From positions 242,298,001 through 242,362,000 of the forward strand of contig NC_086097.1 in the NCBI RefSeq assembly GCF_963921235.1: a stretch of DNA of 64,000 nt, given 5' to 3'. Of this stretch, positions 46,667 to 59,754 are shown piece after piece. The translations under genes and the position numbers were made by a program. Origin of the DNA: Mobula hypostoma (taxonomy: Eukaryota). The notes under the pieces are model-generated. The model worked only from the letters and a program-made list of their open reading frames with translations. It searched no databases and was not told the origin of the DNA. Each line of letters begins with the position of its first letter. Position 1 is the first letter of the stretch.

Positions 46667-49057
46667 ATTTTATGAAATATCTGAGGACATTGTTATGTTA
46701 GAGACGCTATATATATAAAAAAAAGTTATTGAGGTTCTGAGGTCTTGAATTGAAATTTCATTGTTAGTCATTTTTTGGTAAACGTTTCCAAGCCACAAGT
46801 TCTCACCTTTTAAGTAGAACAGGAAGATGTTATTTAGCAAATTTTAAAAGCCTCCTAAGGAGTGGACCATTAGGGTGGAGTCAGAATTTATAATCTTTGG
46901 ATAACAACAGTCACTGTACCCTCCAAGCAGTGACTGAAATGCACCCGTGCACATAGCCTTTGTTGCCATGTAGCTAGAATTTTCTTTTATATGATGTTAA
47001 TATAAGATAAAAAATTTCCTGCTCAGAGCAAGGTTTGATAGGCACAGCTGGAAAATGAATCAGAGGGAGCGTCCACAGCAACCCAAGGTTTCTTTTATCA
47101 AAGTAAACTTTTATTCATAATTTAAAATGAATATGCTGTGTGATGCCTTTTCAGAAAAGCCCAAAGTAAATTTATTGTCAAACTACGTATATGTCACTGT
47201 ATACTACCCTGAAATTCATTTTCTTGTGGGTATTCATAGAACAAAGAAATACAGTAGAACCAATAACAAATTGCAAGCAATGTACAAAAGAAGACAAACT
47301 GTGTAAATATAATAATAATAAATAATTCTGAGACCATGAGTGGTAGAGTCCGTGAAAGTGAGTTCATAGTTTCCCCGAGATTAAGAAACCAGTCCTTGTT
47401 GGAATGACATATGTACAGTGTAAACATTATTATTAAACCATACTGCTTTTTTTTCTAACCCCCTTGTAAGCGTAGGTGGCCTAAGAGGTTACAACTCTGA
47501 TTTCAGTTAGGTTTCTCGGGCAACAGTAAACCCTTTGAGGAATGCCTATTGTGTATCCTCAATGCACAGCGTAACAAAACAAGTATGAGCTTGGCATCTG
47601 CCGTCTCCTACCTTTTCTTTAGAGGACATGAAATCCTCCTGTTTGTTTTATTTACTAGTCTGCACATTTAAATGTAGTTTCTGGAGCAGCCAACAGCACT
47701 TTTATTTATTGTTGTTTTGTTTTTCTCTCTGTATTTGCTCAATTTGTCTTTTGCACATTGGTTATTTACCCGTCTTTGCGTGTAGTTTTTCACTGATTCT
47801 GTTGTGGCCTCTTCGTATCTGGTGTGAATGCCCGCAAGTAAATGAATCTCAGGGTGGTACATGGTGACATATCTGCACTTTCAGAACAAATTTACTTTGA
47901 ACTTCAATGTGCTTTAGAAACAGGTGTATAAGAACAACTGTGCATTAATTCCTTTTTGACTCAAATTGAAAGCAAGTTCAAGAATGGTGCAGAAAGGTTG
48001 TTATTTTAGGCATCAGTGCTGTTCTTGCAAGAATATATTTCTTTAAATACTTTCCAGAAAAGGAATGCACATCAAGCAAGGAGTAAAAGGGATTAAGTTT
48101 TTTTGAAGGCAAGAGACAGGTGGTTGGGGGGATGGAAGGGAAAGAGACAAAGCAGAATAGGAAAAGAATAGCAAAGGAAAGGGAAATGGTTTAAACATTG
48201 ACCAAGGATGGGATAATAAGGGGGATGCGAACGGCAGGGCTCAAATTAAAACAGAATAAACCGGATCTGAAGGGTCAAAGGATGGCAAGAAAAGTTTGAA
48301 TCACAATCAGGTTTATTATCACTGATGTATGTTGTAAATTGTGTTGTTTTGTGGTTGCTATACAGTGCAATACATACATATATCATAAAGTACAATAAGA
48401 AATGTATATGTAGTAGTTTTCCATGATAGAACGGGAGGGATTAAAGGGGGAGGGGTGACATTACCGGTCGGGGAAAGTGTCACGACAGTGCTCAGACAGG
48501 GACAGACTGGAGAGCTCACCAGTGAGGCGTTTTGGGTAGAACTGAGGAATAAGGAAGGTATGATCACGTTAATGGGATTATATTATAGACCACCCAGCAA
48601 TCCGCACGATTTAGGTGAGCAGGTTTGTAGAGAGGTCGCAGGCTTTTGCACGAAACATAAGGTTGTGGTAGTAGGTGATTTTAACTTTCCACACAGTGAC
48701 TCAGGCTCCCAGATTGTAACAGGGCTGGATAGGAAAGAGTTTGTCAAATGTGTTCAGGAAAGTTTAGAGTCATAGGGAAGTACAGCACAGAAACAGGCCC
48801 TTTGTCCCCTCTAGTCCATGCCAATGCATTTAAATTGCCTACTCCCTGCACTAGGTCCATAGCTGTCCATATCCCTACTATCCAACGACCTATCCAAACT
48901 TCACTTAAATGTTGAAATCGGGCTCGTGTGCACCACTTGTGCCTAGCTTCCTTAATCAGTACATAAAAGTCCAAACTAGAGAGTGTGATACTGTATTTCC
49001 AATAACAGAATGAGACCATGAGACATAGGAGCATAATTAGGCCATTTGGCCCATCAA

Positions 49058-50458
49058 CTGTAGGCCAGTTAGCTGAGCATCTGTAGTTGGGAAAATGCTT
49101 GAAGCTGTCATTAAGGAAGAAATAGTGAAACATTTAGAAAGGAGTGGTTCCATTAGACAGACGCAGCATGGATTCAGAAAGGGCAGGTCCTGTCTGACAA
49201 ACTTACTGGAGTTCTTTGAGGACGTAATGAGTGCAGTGGGTAGAGGGGAACAGGTGGATGTTATATACTTGGATTTCCAGAAGGCGTTTGATAAGGTGCC
49301 GCACAAGAGACTTATAAATAAGATACGGATGTATGGAGTTGGAGGAAGTATATTGGCATGGATAGTGGATTGGTTAACCGATAGCAGGCAGAGTTGGTAT
49401 TCGGGTGTTTCTCCAGTTGGCAGTCTGTGGTGAGTGGGGTGCCGCAGGGGCTGGTGCTGGGCCCGCAGCTGTTTACCATTTACATTGATGATTTGGAAGA
49501 GGGGACTGAGTGTAGCGTAGCAAAATTTGCTGATGACACTAAACTGAGTGGAAAAGCAAATTGTACAGAGGACGTGGAGAGTTTGCAGAGGGATATAGAT
49601 AGGTTAAGTGAGTGGGACAAGGTCTGGCAGATGGAATACAACGTTGGTAAATGCAAGATCATCCACTTTGGAAGGAATAATAGAAGAGCAGATTATTATT
49701 TAAATGGTGAAAGATTGCAGCATGATGTTGTGCAGAGGGACTTGGGAGAGCTTGTGCATGAATCGCAAAAAGTTGACTTGCAGGTTCAACAGGTTATTAG
49801 GAAGGCAAATGGAATGTTGGCCTTCATTGCTAGAGAGATTGAATTCAAGAGCAGGGAGGTCATGCTGCAACTATACAGGGTACTGGTGAGGCCACACCTG
49901 GAGTACTGTGTGCAATTCTGGTCTCCATACTTGAGGAAGGATATACTGGCTTTGGAGGCAGTGCAGAGGAGGTTCACCAGGTTGATTCCAGGGATGAAGG
50001 GGTTAATCTATGAGGTGAGATTGAGTTGCCTGGGACTATACTCTCTGGAATTCAGAAGAATGAGAGGGGATCTTATAGAAACATACAAAATTTTGAAAGG
50101 AATAGTTAAGATAGAAGTAGGAAAGTTGTTTCCATTGGTCGGTGAGACTAGAACTAAGGGGCATTGCCTCAACATTCAAGGGCTAAGATTTAGGATGGAG
50201 ATGAGGAGAAACTGTTTTTCCCAGAGAGTGGTGAATCTGTGGAATTCTCTGCCCAGGGAAGCAGTTGAGGCTTCTTCACTAAATATATTTAAGATACACT
50301 TAGATAGGTTTTTACATAGTAGGGGAATTAAGGGTTATGGGGAAAAGGCAGGTGGATGGAGCTGAGTTTACGGACAGATCAGCCATGATCTTACTGAATG
50401 GCGGGGCAGGCTCGATGGGCCGGATGGTCTACTCCTGCTTCTATTTCTTATGTTCTTG
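49058..50458 (+). mobile_element. CR1 LINE, 5'-truncated, frameshifted RT
   Basis: ORFs 49095..49433 and 49394..50365 with YLDFQKAFDKVPH, YIDDL, FADDTK; CR1 3' UTR. Confidence 0.95.
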
Positions 50459-51603
50459 TATCTGGTCTGCCATTTCATCATACTGATTTATTATCCCTCT
50501 CAACCCCATTCTGCCTTAAATATACCCAAATGACTGGGCCTCCACAGCCATCTGTGACAATGAATTTTGCCGATTCACCACTTTCTGGCTATTAAAAAAA
50601 ATCCTCATCTCTGTTCTAAATGGATGCCTCTCTGTTCTGAGGTTGTGCCTTCTGGTCCTAAACTCCACATCCACTCTATGTCGGCCTTTCAATGTTCGTT
50701 AGATTTCAATGAGATCCTCCCTCATTCTTATAAACTCCAGTGAATACAGGCCCAGATCCATCAAGCGCTTCTCGTATGTCAACCCTGTCATTCCTGGGAT
50801 CATTGTGATCTTCCTCTGAACCCTCTCCAATGTCAGCACATTCTCTCTTAGATCAAGGGCCCAAAGCTACTCACCGTACTCCAAGTGTGGTCTGACCAAT
50901 ATTTTATAAAGCCTCAGCATTACATCCTTGCTTTTGTATTCTAGTCCTCGTAAAATGAGTGCAAATATAGCATTTTCCTACTTGTGAATGACTCAACCTT
51001 CATGTTAACCTTTAGGGAATCCTGCACGAGTACTCACAAGTCCTCTTGCACTTCTGAGTTTCGAATTTTCTCCTCATTTAGAAAATAATCCATGTCTTTA
51101 TGCATGACCAGACTATGCACTTCCCTATACTATATTCCATCTGTCACTTCTTTACCTCCCAATCTGTCTAAGTCCTTCTGCAGACTCCCTGCTTCCTCAA
51201 AACTATCTGCCTCTCCACCTGTCATCGTATCATCTGCAAACATGACCACAAAGCCTTCAATTCTATCACAAAATCATTGACATGTACAGCGAAAAGAAAC
51301 AGTCCCAACACTGACCCCTGCAGCACACCACTAGTCGCTGGCAGCCGGCCAGAAAAGGCCCTCTTTGTTCCTGCTTTTTGCCTCAATCTTATAACCATGC
51401 TAGAATCTTTCCTGAAATAGCATGGACTGTTAGCTTGTTAAGCAGCCTCGTGTGTGGGACCTTGTCAAAGGCCTTCTAAAAATCCAAGTAAACATCATCC
51501 ACTGACTGTCCTTTGTCAACCCTGCCTATTATTTCCTCTAAAGAGTTCCAACAGATTTGTCAGGTAGGATTTCCCCTTGAGGAAACGATGCTGACTTTTG
51601 CCT

Positions 51604-51639
51604 AGTCCTGACGAAGGGTCTCGGCCTGAAACGTCGACT
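51604..51639 (+). ncRNA. Minimal type I hammerhead ribozyme motif
   Basis: Identical to 21051-21086. Confidence 0.8.
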
Positions 51640-51736
51640 GCACCTCTTCCTATAGATGCTGCTTGGCCTGCTGCGTTCACCAGCAACTTTGATGTATGTT
51701 GCTTGAATTTCCAGCATCTGCAGAATTCCTGTTGTT
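51604..51736 (+). mobile_element. 133-bp Penelope-like terminal insertion starting at the hammerhead
   Basis: Exact 12-bp TSD TGACTTTTGCCT at 51592-51603 and 51737-51748. Confidence 0.9.
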
Positions 51737-52468
51737 TGACTTTTGCCTGTTTTATCACGTGCCTTCAAGTACCTCGAAATCGCTTCCTTAATAATAGAAT
51801 CCAAAATCCTCCCAACCACTGAAGTCAGGCTAATTGGCCTATAATTTCCTTTCCCCTGCCTCCCTTCTTGAAGAGTAGAGTGACATTTGCAATTTTCCAG
51901 TCCTCCACATCCATTCCAGAATCTAGTGATTCTTGAAACTTCATTATTTTTCAGCTTCTTCTTTCAGAACCCTCGGGTGCACACCATCTAGTTCAGGTGA
52001 TTTATCTACCTTCAGACCTTTCCGTTTCCCAACAACTTCCTCCCTACTAATGGCACTTCTGACTCATGACATTCTTGCACAGGCATTCTGCAAGTGTCAC
52101 GGTGAAGACCGACACAAAAATACTTACTCAGTTTGTCCACCATTTCTTTGTCCCCAATTACTATCATCACTACAGCATTTTCTAGTGGCCCAATATCCAC
52201 TCTTGCTTCTCTTTTACACTTTATGTATCTGAAAACCTTTTTGTATCCTCTTTTATGTTATTGACAAGCTTACATATTTCATCTTTTCTCTCTTCATGAC
52301 TTTTTAGTTGCCTTCTGTAGGTTTTTAAAAAGCTTCCCAATCCTCTAATTTCCCACTAATATTTGCCATATTATATGCCCTGTCTCTGGCTTTTATGGTG
52401 GTTTTGACTTCTCTTGTCAACCACGGTTGCCTCATCCTCCCTTTAGAAAACTACTTGATCTTTGGGGT

Positions 52469-53066
52469 CAACAACAGGAATTCTGCAGATGCTGGAAATT
52501 CAAGCAACACACATCAAAGTTGCTGGTGAACGCAGCAGGCCAGGCAGCATCTCTAGGAAGAGGTACAGTCGATGTTTCAGGCCGAGACCCTTCGTCAGGA
52601 CTAACTGAAGGAAGAGCTAGTAAGAGATTTGAAAGTGGGAGGGTGAGGGGGAGATCCAAAATGATAGGAGAAGACAGGAGGGGGAGGGATGGAGCCAAGA
52701 GCTGGACAGGTGATTGGCAAAGGGGATATGAGAGGATCATGGGACAGGAGGCCCAGGGAGAAAGACGGGGCGGGGGGGGGGGAACCCAGAGGATGGGCAA
52801 GGGGTATAGTCAGAGGGACGGAGGGAGAAAAAGGAGAGTGAGAGAAAGAATGTGTATATATAAATAAATTACGGATGCGGTATGAGGGGAGGTGGGGCAT
52901 TAGCGGAAGTTAGAGAAGTCAATGTTCATGCCATCAGGTTGGAGGCTACCCAGATGGAATATAAGGTGTTGTTCCTCCAACCTGAGTGTGGCTTCATCTT
53001 TACTGTAGAGGAGGCCGTGGATAGACATGTCAGAATGGGAATGGGATGTGGAATTAAGATGTGTGT
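52469..53066 (-). mobile_element. Young Penelope-like 3' fragment
   Basis: Near-identical to 20583-21147; hammerhead at 52567-52602 with ACGT>ACAT change; TSD TTTGGGGT at 52461-52468 and 53072-53079. Confidence 0.88.
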
Positions 53067-53840
53067 AAATTTTTGGGGTGTATCTTTTATGTGGACAGCA
53101 AGAAAGACTATGAAAGCTTGCAGTGGGATCTGGACCAGCTGGAAAATGGGTGAAAATGCCAGATGGAACTTAATGCAGACTAGTGTGAGGCTTTGCATTT
53201 CGGTAGGACGAACCAGGGTAGGTCTTGCACAGTGAAGGGCAGGGCACTGAGGAGTGTGGTAGAACAAAGGGTTCTGGGAATACAGGTCTATAATTCCGTG
53301 AAAGTGTCATCCCAGGTAGATAGGATCAGAAATTGGAATTCATGTCCAATTTGGCACATTGGCCTTAATAAATCAATGTACTGAGTACATGAGTTGGAAG
53401 TTATATTAGACATTGCTGAGGCCTAATTTGGAGTATTGTGTGCAGTTTTGGTCACCTACTTACAGGAATGATGTAAATCAAGTCAAGTCACTTTTTATTG
53501 TCATTTCGACCATAACTGCTGGTACAGAACACAGTAAAAACGAGACAATAAGATCAGAAGAGTGCAGAGAAGATTTAGAAGTATATTGCCAGGATGTGAG
53601 GATCTGAGTTATAAGGAAAAATTGAATAGGTTAGGACTCTATTCCTTGGAATGTAAAAGATTAAGGGGAGTTTTAATAGAGGTATATAAAATTATACGGA
53701 GTGTAGATAGGGTAACACAAGCAGGCTTTTTCCACTGAGCGCAAACACGAGGAATTCTGCAGATGCTGGAATTTCAAGCAACGCACATAATAGTTGCTGG
53801 TGAACGCAGCAGGCTGGGCAGCATCTCTAGGAAGAGGTAC

Positions 53841-53876
53841 AGTCGACGTTTCGGGCTGAGACCCTTCGTCAGGACT
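53841..53876 (-). ncRNA. Minimal type I hammerhead ribozyme motif
   Basis: Reverse complement AGTC-CTGACGA-AGGGTCTCAGCCC-GAAA-CGTC-GACT. Confidence 0.78.
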
Positions 53877-54497
53877 AACTGAAGAAAGAGCTAGTAAGAG
53901 ATTTGAAAGTGGGAGGGGGAGGGGGAGATCCGAAATAATAGGAGAAGACAGGAGGGGGAGGGATGGAGCCAAGAGCTGGACAGGTGATTGGCAAAAGGGG
54001 ATACGAGAGGATCATGGGACAGGAGGCCCAGGAAGAAGGAAAAGGGGGAGGGGGGGAAAAAACCCAGAGGATGGGCAAGGGGTATAGTGAGAGGGACAGA
54101 GGGAGAAAAAGGAGAGAGAGGAAAAGAATGTGTGTGTGTATATAAATAAATAATGGATGGGGTACGAGGGGGAGGTGGGGCATTAACGGAAGTTAGAGAA
54201 GTCAATGTTCACGCCATCAGGTTGGGGGCTACCCAGACGGAATATAAGGTGTTGTTCCTCCAACCTGAGTGTGGCTTCATCTTTACAGTAGAGGAGGCCG
54301 TGGATAGACATGTCAGAATGGGAATGGGACGTGGAATTAAAATGTGTGGGCACTGGGAGATCCTGCTTGAGAATCCCTTTTGCGAATCACCTGTCCAGCT
54401 CTTGGCTCCACCCCTCCCCCTCCTGTCTTCTCCTATCAATTTGGATCTCCCCCTCCCCCTCCAACTTTCAAATCTCTTACTAGCTCTTCCTTCAGTT

Positions 54498-54533
54498 AGT
54501 CCTGACGAAGGGTCTCGGCCCGAAACGTCGACT
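54498..54533 (+). ncRNA. Minimal type I hammerhead ribozyme motif
   Basis: AGTC-CTGACGA-AGGGTCTCGGCCC-GAAA-CGTC-GACT. Confidence 0.78.
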
Positions 54534-56454
54534 GTACCTCTTCCTAGAGATGCTGCCTGGCCTGCTGCGTTCACCAGCAACTTTGATGTGTGTTGCTTTT
54601 TCCACTGAGGTTGGGTGAGGCTGCAACCAGAGGTCATGGGTTAAATGCGAAAGGCGAAATGTTTAAGGGGAACCATCTTCACTCAGAGGATGGGGAGAGT
54701 GTGAAACAAGCTACCAGTGCAAGTGGTGGATGTGGATTCGTTTTGAACATTTAAAAGAAATTTGGATAAGTACATGAATGGTTGGGGAATGGAGGGCTGT
54801 GCTCTGGGCACAGGTTAATGGGACTAGAGCGATTAATGATTTCGCGCAGACTAACTGAGCCGAAGGGCCTGTTTCTATGACTAGTGCAGACAGAGAGCAA
54901 AAATAGTGTGGTGGTGGTCATGGGTTTATTGTCCATTCAGAAATCTGGTGGTGGAGGGGAAGAAGCTGCCCCTAAGACACCGAGTGTGTGTTTTTAGGCT
55001 CCTTACCACCTCCCTGGTGGTAGTAATGAGAAGAGGACATGTCCTGGATGGATTGGTTCATTCATGATGTAGACTCCCTTTTTGAGGTTGGAGATCTCCT
55101 CGATGGTGGGGAAGCCATTGAGTGGGTGAAAATAGAATTTGGAAAGTATTGTGAAGTTGATTTCCTGGAGCACAAGATAGTGGAGGTGTTGAACTGCAGA
55201 GTTATGCACAATGACATTTTTGAAAGTTTTAACTGGGAATGATGGCAAAGGAATCATTGAAAAAATTTGAAACCCCAAGATAATATCTGTGTCTGACAGT
55301 GACACTCTGTGAGGAGCAGTTGGAAGAAAATTTTACTAAGCACTCAGATGTCGAATTCAATTTGGGTCAATGTTCATGATTCAAGGTTCAGAGTCGAGAT
55401 TGTTTAATATCATTTCCAGGGCATGCGTAAAGGAAAATGAAATAATTGTTACTCTGGATCTGATACAGCATGAAAATCAACTCAATATCATAAAGGATAC
55501 AATAATAGAAAAATAACACAAATGTAAATACATAAGAGAACTTATATACGTAGATTGGTTGTATGTCTATAAAGATACATGAGGCACAACAATATCTGTA
55601 CTTAACGTGACCGACAGGTGGCGTTTGGGGGTGTGGGTGGGTGGGTTTGTGGGTGAAGATATTGATCAGCCTTACTGCTAGGGGAAAATAACTGTTTGTG
55701 GGTCTGGTGTTGCTAAGTAGCCTCCTCCCTGATGGGAGTGGGACAAAGGGGGTGGGTGGAGTCTTTCATGATGGTATTGGCCCTTTTCCAGCACCACCTT
55801 TCCATAGATGGGTGGTAAGCTGGCGCTGGTGATGTGTCGGGCTGTTTTGACTACCGGTTGTGCAGTTTCCATACCGTGTAGTGATGCAGTTTGTTAGATG
55901 CTCTTCACTGAACAGGTAGAATGACACGAGTGTAGACGTGCATCGGCCAGACCCCTTCAGCCTTCACAGAAAGAGTCGTTGGTGAGTTTTCCTTATTCCT
56001 GGTCTGTTGAATGTGATCTGGGACGATGAGAGGTTGTGTGAGATGTGTACTTCCAGGAGCGTGAAACTGTTAACAGTTTGCACTGCTGTGCCGCCGACGT
56101 AAAAAGGAGGTGAGCTCTGAAGTTAATAACCATTTCCTTTGTCTTGTTGACATTGAAGAGGAGGGTATTTGCCTGGCGCTAGGCCTTGAGCTCTTCCACC
56201 TTCTCTCTATAGGTCGTCTCATCGTTGTCAGTGATGAGCCCCACCACCGTTAGGTCATCAGCGAACTGGCAATGTGATTGCTCCGGCGTTTGGCCGTGCA
56301 GACATGCGTGAGCAGAGTGTACAGCAGTGGGCTCAGCACGTAGCCCTGGGGTCACCAGGGTGAGGATGTTGGAGAGGGAGGAGGGGTTGTGCATCTCGAC
56401 TACCTGGGAACTGCTGGCTAGAAAGTCCAACAATCAGCCGCACAAGTGGTGTAC

Positions 56455-57120
56455 TTCAAGATTCAAGATTCAAAGATTCAAAAAACTTTATTGTCATTTT
56501 AACCGTACGTCAGCTCTGCAGGGCAGAATGAGACAATGTTTCCCAGGAGCAGTGCAATCATAACATAACAAACACAACATTAAATAATAAACATAACAAT
56601 AAATAGTAAAACACAACAGCCACATGTCAGTTAAAATCAAGTTATAGGTGTCCAGTGCAAGTTAAAAGTGTCCAAAGCAGAGTCAGGTGGAGCAGCTATT
56701 TAGCAGTCTGACTGCCTGTGGGAGGAAGCTGTTTAGTAGCCTTGTGCTTTTAGTTTTGATGCTCCTGTATCGTTTGCCTGTTGGCAGAACAAACAGTTCA
56801 TGGAGAGGGTGTGAGGGGTCTTTAATGATGTACCGTGTCTTCTGGAGGCATCGACTCTGAAAGAGGTCTTGGACAGAAGGTAGGGAGACCCCAATAACCT
56901 TCTCTGCTCCCCTAACCACCCTCTGCAAGGCTTTTTTGTCGACAGCACTGCAGCTGGAGTACCAGGTTGTGATGCAAAAGGTCAGCACACTCTCAACTAC
57001 GCCTCTGTAGAATGTAGTTAAGATGTTAGTGGGGAGTGATGCTTGTTTGAGCTTCCTCAAAGTGCAATCTCTGCTGGGCCCGTTTCACAAACCCAATGGT
57101 GTTCCTGGATCAGGTGAGAT
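56455..57120 (-). mobile_element. Rex1/Babar-type LINE 3' fragment
   Basis: ORF 56683..57060 (ILTTFYRGVVESVLTFCITTWY..DPSHPLHELF..NSFLPQAVRLLN); (TCTTGAA)n tail; lies within an older Rex-like element spanning about 55380-57560. Confidence 0.85.
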
Positions 57121-59754
57121 TGTGAGACCAAGAGTTAGGAGTTCGATCACTGAGGTCTGTGGGGCAGTGGTGTCAAATATCAAACTGAAATCCAGACACA
57201 GCATTCTGACAGATGTGTCCTTGTTTTGTAAGTGTGTCAGGGTCAGGTGCTATGGCATCTGCCATAGAATGGTTCTGTCAATAAGCATATTGGTGAGTGT
57301 CCAGTGTGGCAGGAATGGAGCTTTTGATGTGTGTCATTGCCAGCTGTTCAAAGCACTTCATGATGATTGGTATCAGTGCTGCCAGGCAGTGGGTATTTAG
57401 TTCTGGAGGTGCAGGGATAGTGGTGGATGATTTAAAGCACATGGGGATAACAGCCCAGTTGAATGAAGTGCTGACGATGTCCTTGAAGACAGTAGTGAGC
57501 TTGTGTGCCCACTCCCTGAGTACTTGGTCTGGAATGTTGTCTGGCCCGGATGCTTTAAACTTTGAATAAAACTTTAACCTTGTGCAACATGGAAGTGGCC
57601 TTGGTTAGCAGACAGGAAAATAGAAGAGATAAAGATTAGCTTTGTCTTTAGAGTAGAACGGCGTGCCTGAACAATCTAGATCTCTGGTTTAAAAATGGAG
57701 CTTCATAATTCAATATTGTTGATGCTGAAATGTTGGAAATTAAGGCATACGAAATGTCCCATTTCAAGGCTGGTTGTTATCAAAACGGGATGTTATGACT
57801 TGAATTAGATGTAATGGGCAGTAATATCATAGAGCATTACAGCACAGGAACAGGCCCTTGGCCCATCTCGTCCATGCTAAACTTTTATTCTGTTAAGCTG
57901 CACCGGGACCATAGCCCTCCATAGCCCTTCCAACCATTAACCTGTCCAAGCTTCTCTTAAAGGTTGAAATTGAACGTGCATCCACCTCTTCTGCTGGTAC
58001 CAATTGCACCACCCTCCAAGTGAAGATGTGCTCCCTCATCCAGCTAAATAATTCACTTTTCACCTTTAACCTCTTTTTCTAGTCTCATCCAGCCTCAAAT
58101 ATTGAAATATAAAATCCAATAATTTTCCAGCAACTTTGGAATTGATGAAGATGAAGGGAATTTAAACTAATTTGGCAGGGGGATGGGAACTGGAATGATA
58201 GGGCTGAAGAAGGGGGAAAACGGAAATAAATCAAAGCTAGCGTGCAACAGAGATTATAGAAGGAACAGGCAGGAGGTGCTTAATCAAAGCCAGTGGCATG
58301 AGTTACAGGGCAATAGAGGCGTGGTGTAGTTAAAACAGAAAGCAACAAGTACTGGACTGAGAGTGTTGTATTTGAATGCATCCAGCATAAGGAATAAGAT
58401 GGACAATCTTGAAATTCAGCTACAGATTGGCAAGTATGACGTTGTGGTCTTCTCCAAAACTTGGCTAAAGGATGGTTACCATTGGGAGCTGAATGTGCAA
58501 GGATATACGATATATCAGAAAGATAGGTAAGTACGCAGAGGAGGTGGTGTGGCTCTGTGTATAAGAAATAATATTAAATCATTGGAAAGAGATGATATAG
58601 GTTTGAAAGGTATAGAGACTCTATGGGTTGATTTAAGAAATGGCAAGGGTAAAAGGACCCTAATGGCAGTTGTATACAGGCCTCCAAACAGCTTCCGGGA
58701 TGTGGCTTACAAGGTACAGCAGGAGATAGAAAAGGCGTGTCAGAAAGGCAATGACGTGATAATCGTTGGGGATTTTAATGTGAAAGTGGATTGGGAAAAC
58801 CAGGTCGGTACTGGACCTCAACAGAGAGAATTTGTAGAATGTCTAAGGGATGGCTTTTTAGAACAGCTTGTTGTTGAGCTCACTCGGGGATTGGCTGTGC
58901 TGGATTGGGTGTTGTGTAATGATCGGGAGGTGATAAGAGAGCTTAAGGTTAAGGAACCCGTAGGGAACAGTGATCACAATATGATCCAGTTCACTTTGAA
59001 ATTGTAGAGGGAAAAAATAAAATCCAGCGTGTCGGTATTTCAATGGAATAGAGGAAATTACAATGGCATGAGAGGGGAACTGGCCGAAATTGACTGGAAA
59101 AGGACATTTGCAGGAAAGACAGCAGAGCAGCAATGGCTGGAGTTACTGCAAAAAATGAGGGAAGTGCAAGACAGATATGTTCCAAATAAGAAGAAATTTT
59201 CAAAAGGAATGACACTACCATCGCTGACAAGTGAAGTCAGAGCCAAAGTAAAGCAGAAGAGAGGGCATACAAGGAAGCCAAAGTTAGTGGGAAGATAGAG
59301 GATTGGGGAGCTTTTAAAAACTTGCAGAAGGAAACTAAGAAGGTCATTTGGCAGGAAAAGATGAATTATGAGAGGAAGCTGGCAACTAATATCAAAGAAG
59401 ATACTAAAAGCTTTTTTAAATATATAAAGGGTAAAAGAGAGTCGGGTGGATATAGGACCAATAGAAAATGACACTGGAGATGTTGTAATGAGAGATGCAG
59501 AGATGGCAGAGGAACCGAATGCGTATTTTGTGTCAGTCTTCACAGTGGAAGACGTCTGTAGTATACCGGACATTCAAGAGTGTCAGGGAAGTGAAGTCTG
59601 CACAGTGAACTACGACTGAGAAGGTGCTCAGGAAGCTTAGTGGTCTGAGGGTGGATAAATCTCCTGGACCTGATGGAATGCACCCTCGGGTTCTGAAGGA
59701 AGTAGCTAGAGAGATTGCGGAAGCATTAACAATGATCTTTCAAGAATCGATAGA

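Larger units (their letters stand above)
50460..52460 (-). mobile_element. Old CR1 LINE (continues from about 49010-49057), hosting CR1 and Penelope-like insertions
   Basis: Antisense RT motifs (SQHRFLKGKSYLTNLLELF, DIGPLEN) across inserts. Confidence 0.85.
53740..54594. mobile_element. Penelope-like insertion with partial inverted terminal repeat
   Basis: 53740-54366 minus-strand copy plus about 54376-54594 plus-strand copy; exact 15-bp TSD GCTTTTTCCACTGAG at 53725-53739 and 54595-54609. Confidence 0.9.
53095..54880 (+). mobile_element. CR1 LINE 3' fragment hosting an inverted Penelope-like insertion
   Basis: MHFGRTNQGR, LRPNLEYCVQFWSP; resumes after 54609. Confidence 0.8.

Noticed and set aside
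47623..47867. Possible exon 2 or signal-peptide ORF (MKSSCLFYLLVCTF) after TTTTCTTTAG
   Set aside because: Runs directly into a Rex-type 3' UTR repeat with no clear donor; hydrophobicity is explained by T-richness
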